Shown: piece by piece, positions 19,970-30,779 of the stretch
Numbering within the stretch: position 1 is the stretch's first letter
How the letters are laid out: each line of letters opens with the position of its first letter
DNA from: Bdellovibrionales bacterium
Lineage (GTDB): Bacteria > Bdellovibrionota > Bdellovibrionia > Bdellovibrionales > JAUICD01
Assembly: GCA_965203275.1 (NCBI GenBank)
Contig: OZ241865.1
Span: 1,664,001-1,728,000 of the forward strand
DNA length: 64,000 nt
Direction: 5' to 3'
Made by a program: the position numbers and the translations under genes
Notes under the pieces: model-generated
The model's input: only the letters and a program-made list of their open reading frames with translations
Databases searched by the model: none
Told to the model about the DNA's origin: nothing

Positions 19970-22024
19970 ATGACAAATTCTATACTAGGTCTTCAACTTA
20001 TTTTAGAGAAAGGAGAAGGCCATAAAACTGAATTTAAAGAGAGCTTAAGTTCAGGATTAGATAAAACCATAGTGGCTTTTGCTAACTCCTCTGGAGGTAA
20101 AATCTATATTGGTATTACTGATCAAGGAAGGATTAAAGGGCTTTCTATTACAAATAGGCTCAAAGCTCAAATAGAAAATATTGCAAAAAGCTGTGATCCC
20201 AGAGTGGCTATTTCTATTCGAGAAATAAAAAAAGAAAAGATATTAGTAATTACTGTTAAAGAAAGTAAATCAAAACCTCATAAATGCTCTTCTGGTTTTT
20301 ATATTCGCTCAGGGGCATCCTCTCAAAAGCTTACAACAAAAGAAATACGAGCATTTATGGAAAATGAAAATGTCATTAGCTTTGATAGTGTATTTTGTAA
20401 AAAATTTGTTTATAGTAAGCATTTTGATAAAGAGAAATTATTTTCATTTTTAGATAAAGCAAAAATTACTTACAATAGAAAAGATATAATACCATTACTA
20501 GAGAACCTAGATGTTGCAAAAAAAAAGGGTTCTAAAATTATTTTCAATAATACAGGTGTTCTTTTTTTTGCTAAGAATTTAGATGATATTTATCATCATA
20601 CAAAAATCTCATGTGTTCGTTTTAAGGGAATAGAAAGAGTTCATATTTTAGATCGGAAAATATTTAACAATGATATGCTTAGCAACATCAATAATGCTCT
20701 TTTATTTTTAGAAAATCATCTTCAATTAGAGTACAGAATTACTTCTAAAAGCTTACAAAGAACAGAAGTATTAGAAATTCCAAAGGTTGCTTTAAGAGAA
20801 GCCATTATTAATGCTGTTACTCACAGAGATTATCTTAATCAAGGAGCTAATATAAGCATAGAGATATATGATGATAGAGTAGAAATTTCCAGTTTTGGTA
20901 GTTTGCCTAAGGGGATCAGCTCAGAAAATTTCGGCAGAAAAAGCATCCTAAGAAATCCTATTATTGCTAATCTTATGCTCAGGACAGGATATATTGAACA
21001 AATGGGAACAGGTATTGAAAGAATGAAAAGTTTAGTCAAAAAAGCAGGTTTAGATCCCATTAAATTTGAATTCAATTCTTTCACAACAGTTGTCTTCTAT
21101 CGTCATCCTTTATTATTATTTTTTATTCGTCAAATTCTATCCAAAGTCTATCCAAAAGCTCTAACAAATGCAGAAATTAACAAAGAACTTGAAGAAAGGT
21201 ATGACATATCCAAACACACTGATCAAGATCAAACAAAATACAAAGCTGGGACTTCATATCAGGCTTTAAAACAGCTAAAAGACATGAAAATAGTTGAACA
21301 ACTAGGAGGTAGAGGAACATGGAGACTTGCGAGTAAAGACGTCGGTAATGATGTCGGTAATGATGTCGGTAAAGATGTCGGTAATGACGTCGGTAATGAC
21401 GTCGGTAATGATGTCGGTAATGACGTCGGTAATGATGTCGGTAATGATGTCGGTAAAGATGTCGGTAATGACGTCGGTAATGATGTCGGTAATGACGTCG
21501 GTAATGATGTCGGTAAAGATGTCGGTAATGATGTCGGTAATGATGTCGGTAAAGACGTCGGTAATGACGTCGGTAATGATGTCGGTAATGACGTCGGTAA
21601 TGACGTCGGTAAAGATGTCGGTAATGATGTCGGTAATGACGTCGGTAATGATGTCGGTAATGACGTCGGTAATGACGTCGGTAATGACGTCGGTAATGAT
21701 GTCGGTAATGACGTCGGTAATGACGTCGGTAATGACGTCGGTAAAGATGTCGGTAATGATGTCGGTAATGACGTCGGTAATGATGTCGGTAATGAATTGA
21801 AGACAGAGTCTAGGAGAATTCTTAAGTTATTGAAAATATTAAAGCTTATAGATAATAATAATTTTTCTGTTGCTTTATTTGCAAAACAGCAAGGAATAAA
21901 TAAACGCACAATAGAAAGAGATATAAAGTTTTTAAAAGATAGAGGGTTCATTTCCATTGAAGGGAAAACAAAATCTGCAAGATACAAGACCACAAAAAAA
22001 TATAAACGTTTAAAAAAAAATTAA
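19970..22024 (+). CDS. Schlafen/AlbA_2 + ATP-binding (HATPase_c_4-like) + wHTH protein with DVG(N/K)x38 linker
   Basis: [56 protein letters not shown]-terminal [14 protein letters not shown] 19970 preferred as start. Confidence 0.88.
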   Translation: MTNSILGLQLILEKGEGHKTEFKESLSSGLDKTIVAFANSSGGKIYIGITDQGRIKGLSITNRLKAQIENIAKSCDPRVAISIREIKKEKILVITVKESKSKPHKCSSGFYIRSGASSQKLTTKEIRAFMENENVISFDSVFCKKFVYSKHFDKEKLFSFLDKAKITYNRKDIIPLLENLDVAKKKGSKIIFNNTGVLFFAKNLDDIYHHTKISCVRFKGIERVHILDRKIFNNDMLSNINNALLFLENHLQLEYRITSKSLQRTEVLEIPKVALREAIINAVTHRDYLNQGANISIEIYDDRVEISSFGSLPKGISSENFGRKSILRNPIIANLMLRTGYIEQMGTGIERMKSLVKKAGLDPIKFEFNSFTTVVFYRHPLLLFFIRQILSKVYPKALTNAEINKELEERYDISKHTDQDQTKYKAGTSYQALKQLKDMKIVEQLGGRGTWRLASKDVGNDVGNDVGKDVGNDVGNDVGNDVGNDVGNDVGNDVGKDVGNDVGNDVGNDVGNDVGKDVGNDVGNDVGKDVGNDVGNDVGNDVGNDVGKDVGNDVGNDVGNDVGNDVGNDVGNDVGNDVGNDVGNDVGNDVGKDVGNDVGNDVGNDVGNELKTESRRILKLLKILKLIDNNNFSVALFAKQQGINKRTIERDIKFLKDRGFISIEGKTKSARYKTTKKYKRLKKN
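21338..21793 (+). repeat. 12-bp tandem repeat GAYGTCGGTAAW x38
   Basis: 456 bp counted directly. Confidence 0.97.
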
Positions 22025-22142
22025 AAGAAATTTGATTTTTTTGAAAATCACATTATTAAAAAATAGTTAATGAGTTAATGACAAATGATCCCTCCTAAAA
22101 ATACACAAAGTACACAAATGATTGTCACTTATTGGAGTTGAA

Positions 22143-23459
22143 ATGATAGAAGTTAATTTTGACGGTTTAGTAGGCCCTACTCATAACTATGGTGGTTTAA
22201 GTTATGGAAACACTGCTTCACTTAACTTTGCTCAGCAAATATCTTCTCCTAAAAGGGCTGCTCTTCAAGGATTACACAAGGCAAGAGTTTTAGCAGATCA
22301 TGGTTTAGTTCAAGGTATTCTACCACCACATTTACGTCCAAATGTGGAAGCACTTCGTAATATAGGATTTCATGGTTCTGATCAAGAAGTTATATCTCAG
22401 GCGTATCATCAACATCCTAGGTTGCTGTTCTCGGTTTCTTCAAGCTCTTTTATGTGGACAGCCAACGCTGTAAGTGTTTGTCCATCCTCTGACTCTACTG
22501 ATGGTAGAGTGCATTTTACTCCAGCTAATTTGAGAACTAAGCCTCATCGAGCTATTGAAACATCTCAAACCCAACATATTTTTAAAAATATATTTAGTGA
22601 TGAATCTATATTTGTTGTACACGATCCTATCAGAATGGGTAATACTTTTTGTGATGAGGGGGCTGCTAATCACACCCGATTTGAATTTCATAATCAAGGG
22701 TATCATTTTTTTGTGTATGGTTGTAAAGCCTTTCATAACCAAGAGAACATCCCTAAAATATTTCCAGCAAGGCAAACTCTTGAAGCTTCTCAAGCTGTAG
22801 CTAGAATTAACTGTATTCATCCCGAGAAGTGTTTTTTTGTTCAACAAAATCCCAAGGCTATTGATGCAGGTGTTTTTCACAATGATGTGATCAGTGTAGG
22901 ACATCAAAACATACTACTTTACCATGAGATGGCTTTTTTAGAAACAGAGAAGGTCATTGCTCAACTTGATGAAATGTCTAAAGGGAGTTTAATTAAAATA
23001 AAAGTGTTAAATGATCAAGTTAATTTACAGAAAGCAGTCAAAACATATTTATTTAATTCACAAATTGTAACTATGCCTAAAGGTTATATGGCCTTGATTG
23101 CTCCACAACACTGCAAAGAAGACAAAAGTGTCAATGCTTTTATTCATAAAATGTTAAATGATCATAATAATCCTATTGATGAAGTTATATATTTTGATCT
23201 TTTACAAAGCATGAAAAATGGTGGAGGGCCAGCTTGTCTCAGATTAAGGGTTCCTTTAACTCAAAAGCAATTAGAGAAAATAAATCAAGGTTGTTTGCTT
23301 TCTAATGCTAAGTATGAGGAGCTAGTCAAATGGGTTCATCGCCATTATCGAGATGAATTGAAATTACAGGATTTAGCAGATTTTAAGTTATTTGAAGAAT
23401 CTCAAGAAGCTTTACGAGAACTTGAAGAAATTATGAATATCCAGCTAGGATACCATTAA
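22143..23459 (+). CDS. astB: N-succinylarginine dihydrolase
   Basis: EVNFDGLVGPTHNYGGLS, DEGAANH, GVFHNDVI, NGGGPACLRLRV. Confidence 0.96.
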   Translation: MIEVNFDGLVGPTHNYGGLSYGNTASLNFAQQISSPKRAALQGLHKARVLADHGLVQGILPPHLRPNVEALRNIGFHGSDQEVISQAYHQHPRLLFSVSSSSFMWTANAVSVCPSSDSTDGRVHFTPANLRTKPHRAIETSQTQHIFKNIFSDESIFVVHDPIRMGNTFCDEGAANHTRFEFHNQGYHFFVYGCKAFHNQENIPKIFPARQTLEASQAVARINCIHPEKCFFVQQNPKAIDAGVFHNDVISVGHQNILLYHEMAFLETEKVIAQLDEMSKGSLIKIKVLNDQVNLQKAVKTYLFNSQIVTMPKGYMALIAPQHCKEDKSVNAFIHKMLNDHNNPIDEVIYFDLLQSMKNGGGPACLRLRVPLTQKQLEKINQGCLLSNAKYEELVKWVHRHYRDELKLQDLADFKLFEESQEALRELEEIMNIQLGYH

Positions 23460-23846
23460 ACATAAAAGCACATCTGTCATCTTAGCCACATTTTTGCTTA
23501 TACAGGTTTAGAGTCATCTGAGCTGTATTTATAGAAATATCACAATTTTAATAAATTTCCTAAAGTCTTGCCATAAATCCTGACATTATAGTGGATAGTG
23601 GCATAAAATCTTCTTTTACCCCTAAACTATTCAAGTAATTCAACTTTATTCTGAGGCTATCTAGTCAAGATTTTATGCCTATCGTTATTCTTGTTGAAAG
23701 AAAAGATAACACAGGGCGTTTAAGTTCGAGATATCTCTTGACTTATTATAAAGCATCATTATATATATTCGCAAAATGCTTGTTGAGCATCACAGCACAA
23801 TAAGTATTCACTTATAAACATAACAAACAAATAATGGAGGCTTACA

Positions 23847-24632
23847 ATGGGTGGCTTTGGAATGGGTACAGTTATTTTTGCTGTTTTTATACTCTACCTG
23901 ATTATGTCAGGTATCCGAATTATTACAGAATATGAAAGAGGCGTGGTTTTTCGTCTTGGTCGACTCCTTCAAGTGAAAGGTCCTGGTTTGCGTTTTTTAA
24001 TACCTTTTGGCATTGACCGTATGATGAAAATAGGTATGCGAACTGTGACGATGGATATTCCTACACAAGATGTGATCACAAGTGATAATGTGTCCATCAA
24101 AGTCAATGCTGTGGTTTACTTTAAGGTTATGGACCCTGAAAAAGCTGTACTGGTTGTTGAAGATTACTTTTTTGCTACTAGTCAGTTATCTCAAACAACT
24201 CTTCGTTCTGTTGTTGGACAATGTTCTCTTGATCATCTTCTCACAAAAAGAGAAGCTATCAACATAAAGCTACAAGACATCTTAGATGTGCAGACAAATC
24301 CTTGGGGTATTAAAGTAGAAATGGTAGAAGTCAAACACATTGACCTTCCACAAGAAATGCAAAGAGCTATGGCTAAAGAAGCAGAAGCAGAAAGAGAACG
24401 TCGAGCAAAAGTGATCAGTGCTGATGGTGAATTACAAAGATCAGAAAAGCTCATGCTTGCATCTAATAAGTTAGCACAATCACCATCTGCTCTTCAGCTA
24501 GCTTATCTGCAAGCTTTGAATGAAATTGCTAGTGATAAAACAAACACTATTGTTTTCCCCCTTCCTTTAGAGATGGTAAGTACATTTTTAGAGCATACCT
24601 CTAAAGAGCATACCCCTACAGAGCATAAATAA
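23847..24632 (+). CDS. SPFH/band 7 stomatin-like (slipin) protein
   Basis: [33 protein letters not shown]. Confidence 0.94.
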   Translation: MGGFGMGTVIFAVFILYLIMSGIRIITEYERGVVFRLGRLLQVKGPGLRFLIPFGIDRMMKIGMRTVTMDIPTQDVITSDNVSIKVNAVVYFKVMDPEKAVLVVEDYFFATSQLSQTTLRSVVGQCSLDHLLTKREAINIKLQDILDVQTNPWGIKVEMVEVKHIDLPQEMQRAMAKEAEAERERRAKVISADGELQRSEKLMLASNKLAQSPSALQLAYLQALNEIASDKTNTIVFPLPLEMVSTFLEHTSKEHTPTEHK

Positions 24633-24846
24633 AAACTCCAACCGAAAAAAATATAACTTGAGTATGTACTTTAGGTTCTAAAGCATTGACTGTAATGAGT
24701 TTTTGCATCTAAAAAATTTCATCCTAAACTCCTAATTCTTGACAAATTTTCAAAAAGAAAGCTATAAAAATAGCTTGCCAGAAAGAGGATAAAAGATTAA
24801 AGTGACTAAAATGGGAAAAGTTTAAAGAATAAGAATAGGAAATAAA

Positions 24847-25437
24847 ATGAATACAAAACTACCTATCAATAGTAAATCTTTACTACTTTCCATAATTGGG
24901 CTTCCAGAAAGTGATCTTTCAGGTGAATTAGGTGGGATTACAAGATTGCAAAAACTTGTTTTTTTACTTGAAAGAGAATACGGCATTCAAGCAAGTGAAG
25001 ATCAAGAGTTTGTCCCTTACAAAGCAGGACCATATTCTGCAAAATTATATGATGACTTAGAATTTCTTGAAAATCTTGGATATCTTAAAAGTGAAATTGT
25101 AGGAGAAATGACACACGAAGAAGCCCTTGAAATTGATGCTCTCAATTTTGAAGATTTTGTTTCTTCGAATAGTGATGAAAGGATAGGATCTGCAGATGCC
25201 TATCTTGAAAGAAGCTTTCAGCTTACAGAAAGAGGGAAGTCAAAAGTTAAGGAGTTATTGAACAAACCTGATTATAGGCCTCTAGTAGAGGGTATTAAAA
25301 AAGTTAAATCTAAATACGGAAAATATTCTCTTTCAGATTTACTTTATTACGTTTATTCAAAATATCCTGAAATGACAACAGAGTCTGAAATTAAAAACAA
25401 AGTCTTAAGCTCTAAAAGCAAGGGCTGGTTAGTGTAA
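24847..25437 (+). CDS. SocA/Panacea(DUF4065)/YwgA-like winged-helix protein
   Basis: GITRLQKLVFLL...FVPYKAGPYSAKLYDDL...LLYYVYSKYPE. Confidence 0.65.
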   Translation: MNTKLPINSKSLLLSIIGLPESDLSGELGGITRLQKLVFLLEREYGIQASEDQEFVPYKAGPYSAKLYDDLEFLENLGYLKSEIVGEMTHEEALEIDALNFEDFVSSNSDERIGSADAYLERSFQLTERGKSKVKELLNKPDYRPLVEGIKKVKSKYGKYSLSDLLYYVYSKYPEMTTESEIKNKVLSSKSKGWLV

Positions 25438-26024
25438 TGATTGAAGTATTATTTACATTTCATAGCACATCAGTTATTGCAGCTTTAATGTATTATTTTA
25501 AATTTAGTCAAAATGGATCTGCATATTTTAAAGAAAATCGTCAATTTATTAGCAATATTAAAAACAATATAACAGATGAACTGACCAAGGAAATATCTCA
25601 ATTAGTTACCCCTCTAAATGTTATTGAACTACATCTACAAGAAGGAAAAATAACTTATGATAAGAGGAATATAAATCCTCCTAAAGGAGAAAAATTTAAA
25701 AATTGGTTAGGTAATTATCTGATTAAAGAAATGAACTTTTTTATTCTGTATTACGAGTTTAAAAAAACACATATAGCGTGGAAAAAATGGTCGGCTTTTT
25801 TAAAAGGATATTCTATCTTTGTTGCAATATTTCAGATTTTGAACCTTTTAATATGTTTTTATTTACTTTATTTTAATACAATTGATCTTAATGAATGGAA
25901 AATTTTGATTTGCTCTGGATTACCGGCTGTAATTTTTTTAGTTGTAGGTATACTTATGATTTTTTATAAAGATACTTTCAAGAACAAAATAATAAATATG
26001 AGAGATGAATATCATGGATTATAA
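25437..26024 (+). CDS. Membrane protein (2-3 TM)
   Basis: Hydrophobic segments; TAATG coupling with the upstream gene. Confidence 0.7.
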   Translation: MIEVLFTFHSTSVIAALMYYFKFSQNGSAYFKENRQFISNIKNNITDELTKEISQLVTPLNVIELHLQEGKITYDKRNINPPKGEKFKNWLGNYLIKEMNFFILYYEFKKTHIAWKKWSAFLKGYSIFVAIFQILNLLICFYLLYFNTIDLNEWKILICSGLPAVIFLVVGILMIFYKDTFKNKIINMRDEYHGL

Positions 26025-26427
26025 ATACGAAAAGAATTTACATTTATACATTAGGAGATATTTTATCAATAAATCTTTTAAACCTTATGAAGAGTTGAAA
26101 TTTTATGATAGGAGAATTGACATAGTGGCTTATTCTGCCCCTAAAAAAAAAATTATTTCTGTTGAAGCTAAGTTATCTAATTGGTATAAGGCATTTCAGC
26201 AAGCATTAATATATCAACTTTGTTCTGATTGGGTATATATTGCTATGCCAGAAGGTAAATTAAAATGTATCGATCAAAAAAAAATGAAAAAAGAAGGTAT
26301 TGGATTTCTTGCTATTTATTCATCAAATCGCTGTCGTGAGCTTATTAAACCACGTCGTTCTAATAAAAATATGCGATCTTATTATAAAAAAGACTTAATT
26401 AACTCAATTAATAGATGTTTGAGGTAA
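26005..26427 (+). CDS. Small PD-(D/E)XK nuclease-like protein
   Basis: E..RIDIV..ISVEAKL..AFQQALIY..DWVYIA. Confidence 0.7.
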   Translation: MNIMDYKYEKNLHLYIRRYFINKSFKPYEELKFYDRRIDIVAYSAPKKKIISVEAKLSNWYKAFQQALIYQLCSDWVYIAMPEGKLKCIDQKKMKKEGIGFLAIYSSNRCRELIKPRRSNKNMRSYYKKDLINSINRCLR

Positions 26428-26433
26428 AATAAC

Positions 26434-27756
26434 GTGCAAAATTTTTTGAGATATAGCAGTCATTCAGAAAAAAAATATTTTGAAAAAATGTTTCGATTTT
26501 TTGATGGTATTATTTTTTCAGCTAACCTATTGGAGATCACTCCTTCAGCTACAAGTAGCCTGATCATAAAGTTTGCTGGAAAAAAGAATAAACAGCCTTA
26601 TATTATAGATCCAATGACCTATGTCTTTGGAGAATTATATTATGGAAAAAAAAAGAGGACAGACTTAAATTGGATTACTTCAGACGGAAAAGGATCAAAA
26701 ATAAAGAACTCCTATAAAAAATTAGCCCATTCATTAGGTCATACTTTCCAGCAATGTATAGAAAAAAGAAAAGCAATATCAATTCAAGATTTACAAAATG
26801 ACAATAGAAGGAAAGATATATGCAAAACAACTATTGAATATCAAAAAAAACAAATTTCAAATATTTTGAGTAAAGATCGGGAAGATTTTGTTGACGATTT
26901 TAAAGAAGATATACCTGAACCAGGTATGATTATTACTCCTTATTTTTTTATTCACCCAGGTAAAGAATTAGAATGCTTGGATATAATTGATAAGATAGCT
27001 ATAGATTCCATATCTTATGAAAAGTCATCTCTGTATATAAAATTTTGTTTTAATAAAGAAATGCTTTTAAATTCAAAAGCTATTCAAAAAATATTAAGTA
27101 TTTGTGATAGAGAATTTAAAGGTATTTGGTTATGGATAAATAACTTTGATGAGAAAAAAGTAAACTCTAAATATCTTATAGCATTCAAAAATCTTATTGA
27201 ATCTATTTCTAAAAAAGAAAAAGAAATATTTAATAGACATGGAAGTGGATATTCAATGATGTTATCTAAGTTTGGAATGAATGGAATATCAAATGGAGTT
27301 GGATATGGAGAGAAAAAGGGCATAATGCCAGTCTCAGGACAAGGCACTCCACCTGTTAATTACTATTTTCCAAAATTATATAATACTTTTGGAGTTCCAG
27401 ATATAGAAAGAGCCTTTAGTGATATCGGAGTTAATTCTCCAGAAACTTTTTTTGAGCATATTTGTGATTGTGTCATCTGTAAAGGGGTTATTGATCAGGA
27501 TATTTCTAATTTTAGAAACTTTGGTAATCAATATTCTTCAGATCCAAATACAAAAAAACAACTAACAGTAGCAGCTACAGAATGCACACGTTATCACTAT
27601 TTATTATGTAAAGTTAAGGAAAAAAAATACATCCAAAATGCTAGTTTAGAAACAATTATTAAAGACTTAAAAAACTCTTTGCCTATTTCTGAAATAGATA
27701 CTCTTAAATCAGAACATATATTAAGATGGATAGAATCCCTTAATGATAAGGAGTAA
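26434..27756 (+). CDS. Hypothetical protein, probable TIM-barrel (TGT/beta-protein-like) with CxCxxC..H zinc site
   Basis: YIIDPMTY, IITPYF, C-terminal CDCVIC...YHYL; the fold is an inference. Confidence 0.55.
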   Translation: MQNFLRYSSHSEKKYFEKMFRFFDGIIFSANLLEITPSATSSLIIKFAGKKNKQPYIIDPMTYVFGELYYGKKKRTDLNWITSDGKGSKIKNSYKKLAHSLGHTFQQCIEKRKAISIQDLQNDNRRKDICKTTIEYQKKQISNILSKDREDFVDDFKEDIPEPGMIITPYFFIHPGKELECLDIIDKIAIDSISYEKSSLYIKFCFNKEMLLNSKAIQKILSICDREFKGIWLWINNFDEKKVNSKYLIAFKNLIESISKKEKEIFNRHGSGYSMMLSKFGMNGISNGVGYGEKKGIMPVSGQGTPPVNYYFPKLYNTFGVPDIERAFSDIGVNSPETFFEHICDCVICKGVIDQDISNFRNFGNQYSSDPNTKKQLTVAATECTRYHYLLCKVKEKKYIQNASLETIIKDLKNSLPISEIDTLKSEHILRWIESLNDKE

Positions 27757-28099
27757 AGAATAGGTTTTTACTTATGATTATTTCATACTTTAGAAATCCT
27801 AAAACAGCTTATATCCCCTCATTTTAAGTTGATTTTCCAGTTTATATTTTTTAGTTATTAGAATAGAAAAGTGGTTTTTCTCTTAGCTGTATGTTATAAA
27901 CTTCTTGCCATTGGTTAATAAAAAATAAGCTTCCATTTAGGAGTTTCAGTATTCGAAAATATTGGAGGAATCAATTTTGACAACTTATGAAATTTACTCA
28001 AAAAGAAAAGCAACAAGCTATTTCTCAAGCTTATGTCTATGACCTGTCTTTCAAAAGGTTTTTTGATAGTGTAGAGAATATATTAGCCTTTTTAACCTT

Positions 28100-29310
28100 G
28101 GTTCACGCAAAATGGTCATTTGTTTCCCTAAAATTGAACTAGCCTCTGGCTACTTTTGAGCTGGATCTTCAATTTATTTCTTAAATTTCAAAATCATTGC
28201 CCTGAGACCAGATTCTTTCCCATTCATATCATTAGCTTTTATCACTTTTTACTCATTTGGCTTCGTTATTTAATGCTTCAAATTCAAAAAATGATTGCGA
28301 ATGGTAATTGGCAGTTAGCCCGACGACTTTCGTCGTCGATCAAAGGCTGGCTACCTCAAAAGCTTGTTCAATTTTAGGAGGAGGATCGCCTTGTCTCTTC
28401 ACATGATGTTAAGGAAAAAGTTTTTTTTGATGCCGGGTTGCCTGACTGCCGGATCCCAGATCCCGGATCTCGGAAAAAATCAAATTTAGCTTTAAGTATT
28501 TTTACACAGTTTATATAAAAAAGCTCCTAATTTATCAGCTTGTTTTGCTAATTCCATACAACCAACAAATTCTAGATCCAATATTGCCTGAGTTGTTTCA
28601 CTAAAAGTGGTTGGCTCACTCAAAGTGAACTGACCTCTGGTCACTTTCTGGCGATGACCACGATGGCTTTCGCCATCGATAAAATGGTCATCGCCTAGAA
28701 AGCCTGTTCACTTTGAGTAAGGAGGATCCCTTCGTTTTTTTACACAATGTTAAGGAAAAAGTTCCTTTTTTTATTTTTTTATTCTTTTTAGATTCTGCGT
28801 AACCATCAAAAAATGAAGAATATTATGAGTGGGAGGCGGTGGTAGGCTGAAGATCTTCCGCAGACTCGCTTGCTCTCCAAAAGCAAGCGAAGGTTGAGGA
28901 CTTCGGAAGCCTGCCTCCGCATTCCACTCATAAAAAACATACAAATAGAAAAGCAGAATCGAAGGGCGGGGGGTGGGGTTAGGGAGTTAGCTGTTTCACT
29001 AAAAGTGGTCTGACCTCTGGTCACTTTCTGGCGATGACCACGACGGCTTTCGCCGTCGATAAAATGGTCATCACCTAGAAAGCCTGACCACTTTTAGTAG
29101 AAAGGATCTCCTTGCTTTTTAACACCATGTTAGGGAAACAAGATATTCGTCTTTTTAGATTTTTTTCTAAAAGATGGGGAAATTAGGGTTTGAAAATTAG
29201 AAATTCAGTGATTTCAATAAGTTAATACTGTGACTTTTGTATAAAAGTTACAGTATTAAGTGTTTGTAATTGTTAGACTTTTTTAGGTCGACTTTAGAAA
29301 TTTCTCATTT
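28100..29310 (+). repeat. Mosaic cluster: interrupted element A (28123-28417), A (28615-28758), module E (28759-28986), A (28994-29138), module D (29139-29310)
   Basis: Units recognised by identity to copies elsewhere in the window. Confidence 0.88.
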
Positions 29311-29409
29311 TTTAGTGTTTTTTATAACCTAGGCTTGACTTTTTAGATATATGTTGTTATAAAATCAAAAATTAATTAATTCAAAGAAGAAAAAGAAGGA
29401 GAAGTACAA

Positions 29410-30687
29410 ATGAAAAAATATATTTTTATCCTATTTATTGCTTTGCTTGTTTCTAGTGATTCTCTATCTATGGACCTAGGGAAGACTTGTGTTGGAGTCC
29501 TTATGTCAAATTTAAAACAAAAAGTTATTAAAAAGCCCTTAAGTGAGAGTGAATTATTGAATCTAAATAATAGGTTATTAAATCTTGTTCGTGCCAGCGG
29601 CCGTACTAGATTGATAAAGAAAGTGCTAGAAAATGGTGCTAACGTCAATTATCAAAACGAAAATGGCAATACGGCTTTAATGGTGGCTAGTTATGAAGGA
29701 GATATAGAGATTGTAAAGTTATTGCTAAAAAAGGGAGCTAACGTCAATCTTCAAAACAAATATGGCATGACGGCTTTAATGTACGCTAGTTCTAAAGGCC
29801 ATATAGAAATTGTAAGGTTATTGCTAGAGGTTAGAGCTAGTGTTAATCATCCTGAAATTGTAAGGTTATTGATAGAGTTTAGAGCTAACGTCAATCATCA
29901 AGACGAAGATGGCATGACGGCTTTAATGTTGGCTAGTTCTAAAGGCCATATAGAAATTGTAAGGGCATTGCTAGAGGCCGGAGCTAACGTCAATCTTCAA
30001 AACAAAAATGGCAATACGGCTTTAATGTATGCTAGTCATGAAGACCATATTGAAGTTGTAAGGGCATTGCTAGCGGCCAGAGCTAACGTCAATCATCAAG
30101 ACGAAGATGGCGATACGGCTTTAATGTATGCTAGTCATGAAGACCATATTGAAGTTGTAAGGGCATTGCTAGCGGCCGGAGCTAACGTCAATCTTCAAAA
30201 CAAAGATGGCGATACGGCTTTAATGTATGCTAGTCATGAAGACCATATTGAAGTTGTAAGGGCATTGCTAGCGGCCGGAGCTAACGTCAATCATCAAGAC
30301 AAAAATGACAATACGGCTTTAATGGTGGCTAGTCTTGAAGGCCATATTGAAGTTGTAAGGGCATTGCTAGCGGCCGGAGCTAACGTCAATCTTCAAAACA
30401 AAGATGGCAATACGGCTTTAATGTATGCTAGTTCTAAAGGCCATATAGAAATTGTAAGGTTATTGCTAGAGTTTAGAGCTAGCGTCAATCTTCAAAACTC
30501 TGGTGGCTGGACGGCTTTAATGGTGGCTAGTCGTGAAGGCTATATAGAAATTGTAAAGTTATTGCTAAAGGCCGGAGCCAACGTCAATCTTCAAGATAAA
30601 GAAGGCAAGACAGCTCTATGGTTTGCTAGAAATAAAGGACGTACTGATATTGAAAGACTATTAAAAGAGGCCGGAGCTACAGAATAA
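29410..30687 (+). CDS. Secreted ankyrin repeat protein (~11 repeats)
   Basis: Signal peptide; repeated GNTALMYAS..HIEVVRALLAAGANVN. Confidence 0.95.
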   Translation: MKKYIFILFIALLVSSDSLSMDLGKTCVGVLMSNLKQKVIKKPLSESELLNLNNRLLNLVRASGRTRLIKKVLENGANVNYQNENGNTALMVASYEGDIEIVKLLLKKGANVNLQNKYGMTALMYASSKGHIEIVRLLLEVRASVNHPEIVRLLIEFRANVNHQDEDGMTALMLASSKGHIEIVRALLEAGANVNLQNKNGNTALMYASHEDHIEVVRALLAARANVNHQDEDGDTALMYASHEDHIEVVRALLAAGANVNLQNKDGDTALMYASHEDHIEVVRALLAAGANVNHQDKNDNTALMVASLEGHIEVVRALLAAGANVNLQNKDGNTALMYASSKGHIEIVRLLLEFRASVNLQNSGGWTALMVASREGYIEIVKLLLKAGANVNLQDKEGKTALWFARNKGRTDIERLLKEAGATE

Positions 30688-30779
30688 GACCAATTCTATT
30701 TATCCTTATGTAAGTCCAAAGCCCGGCTTGAATTTTCTAAAATCCTATATTTCCATAGGCCATAGTTTTTTATAAGGAA

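Noticed and set aside
21259..21993. Antisense LPTS and alternate-frame MSVM ORFs
   Set aside because: Shadows of the 12-bp repeat.
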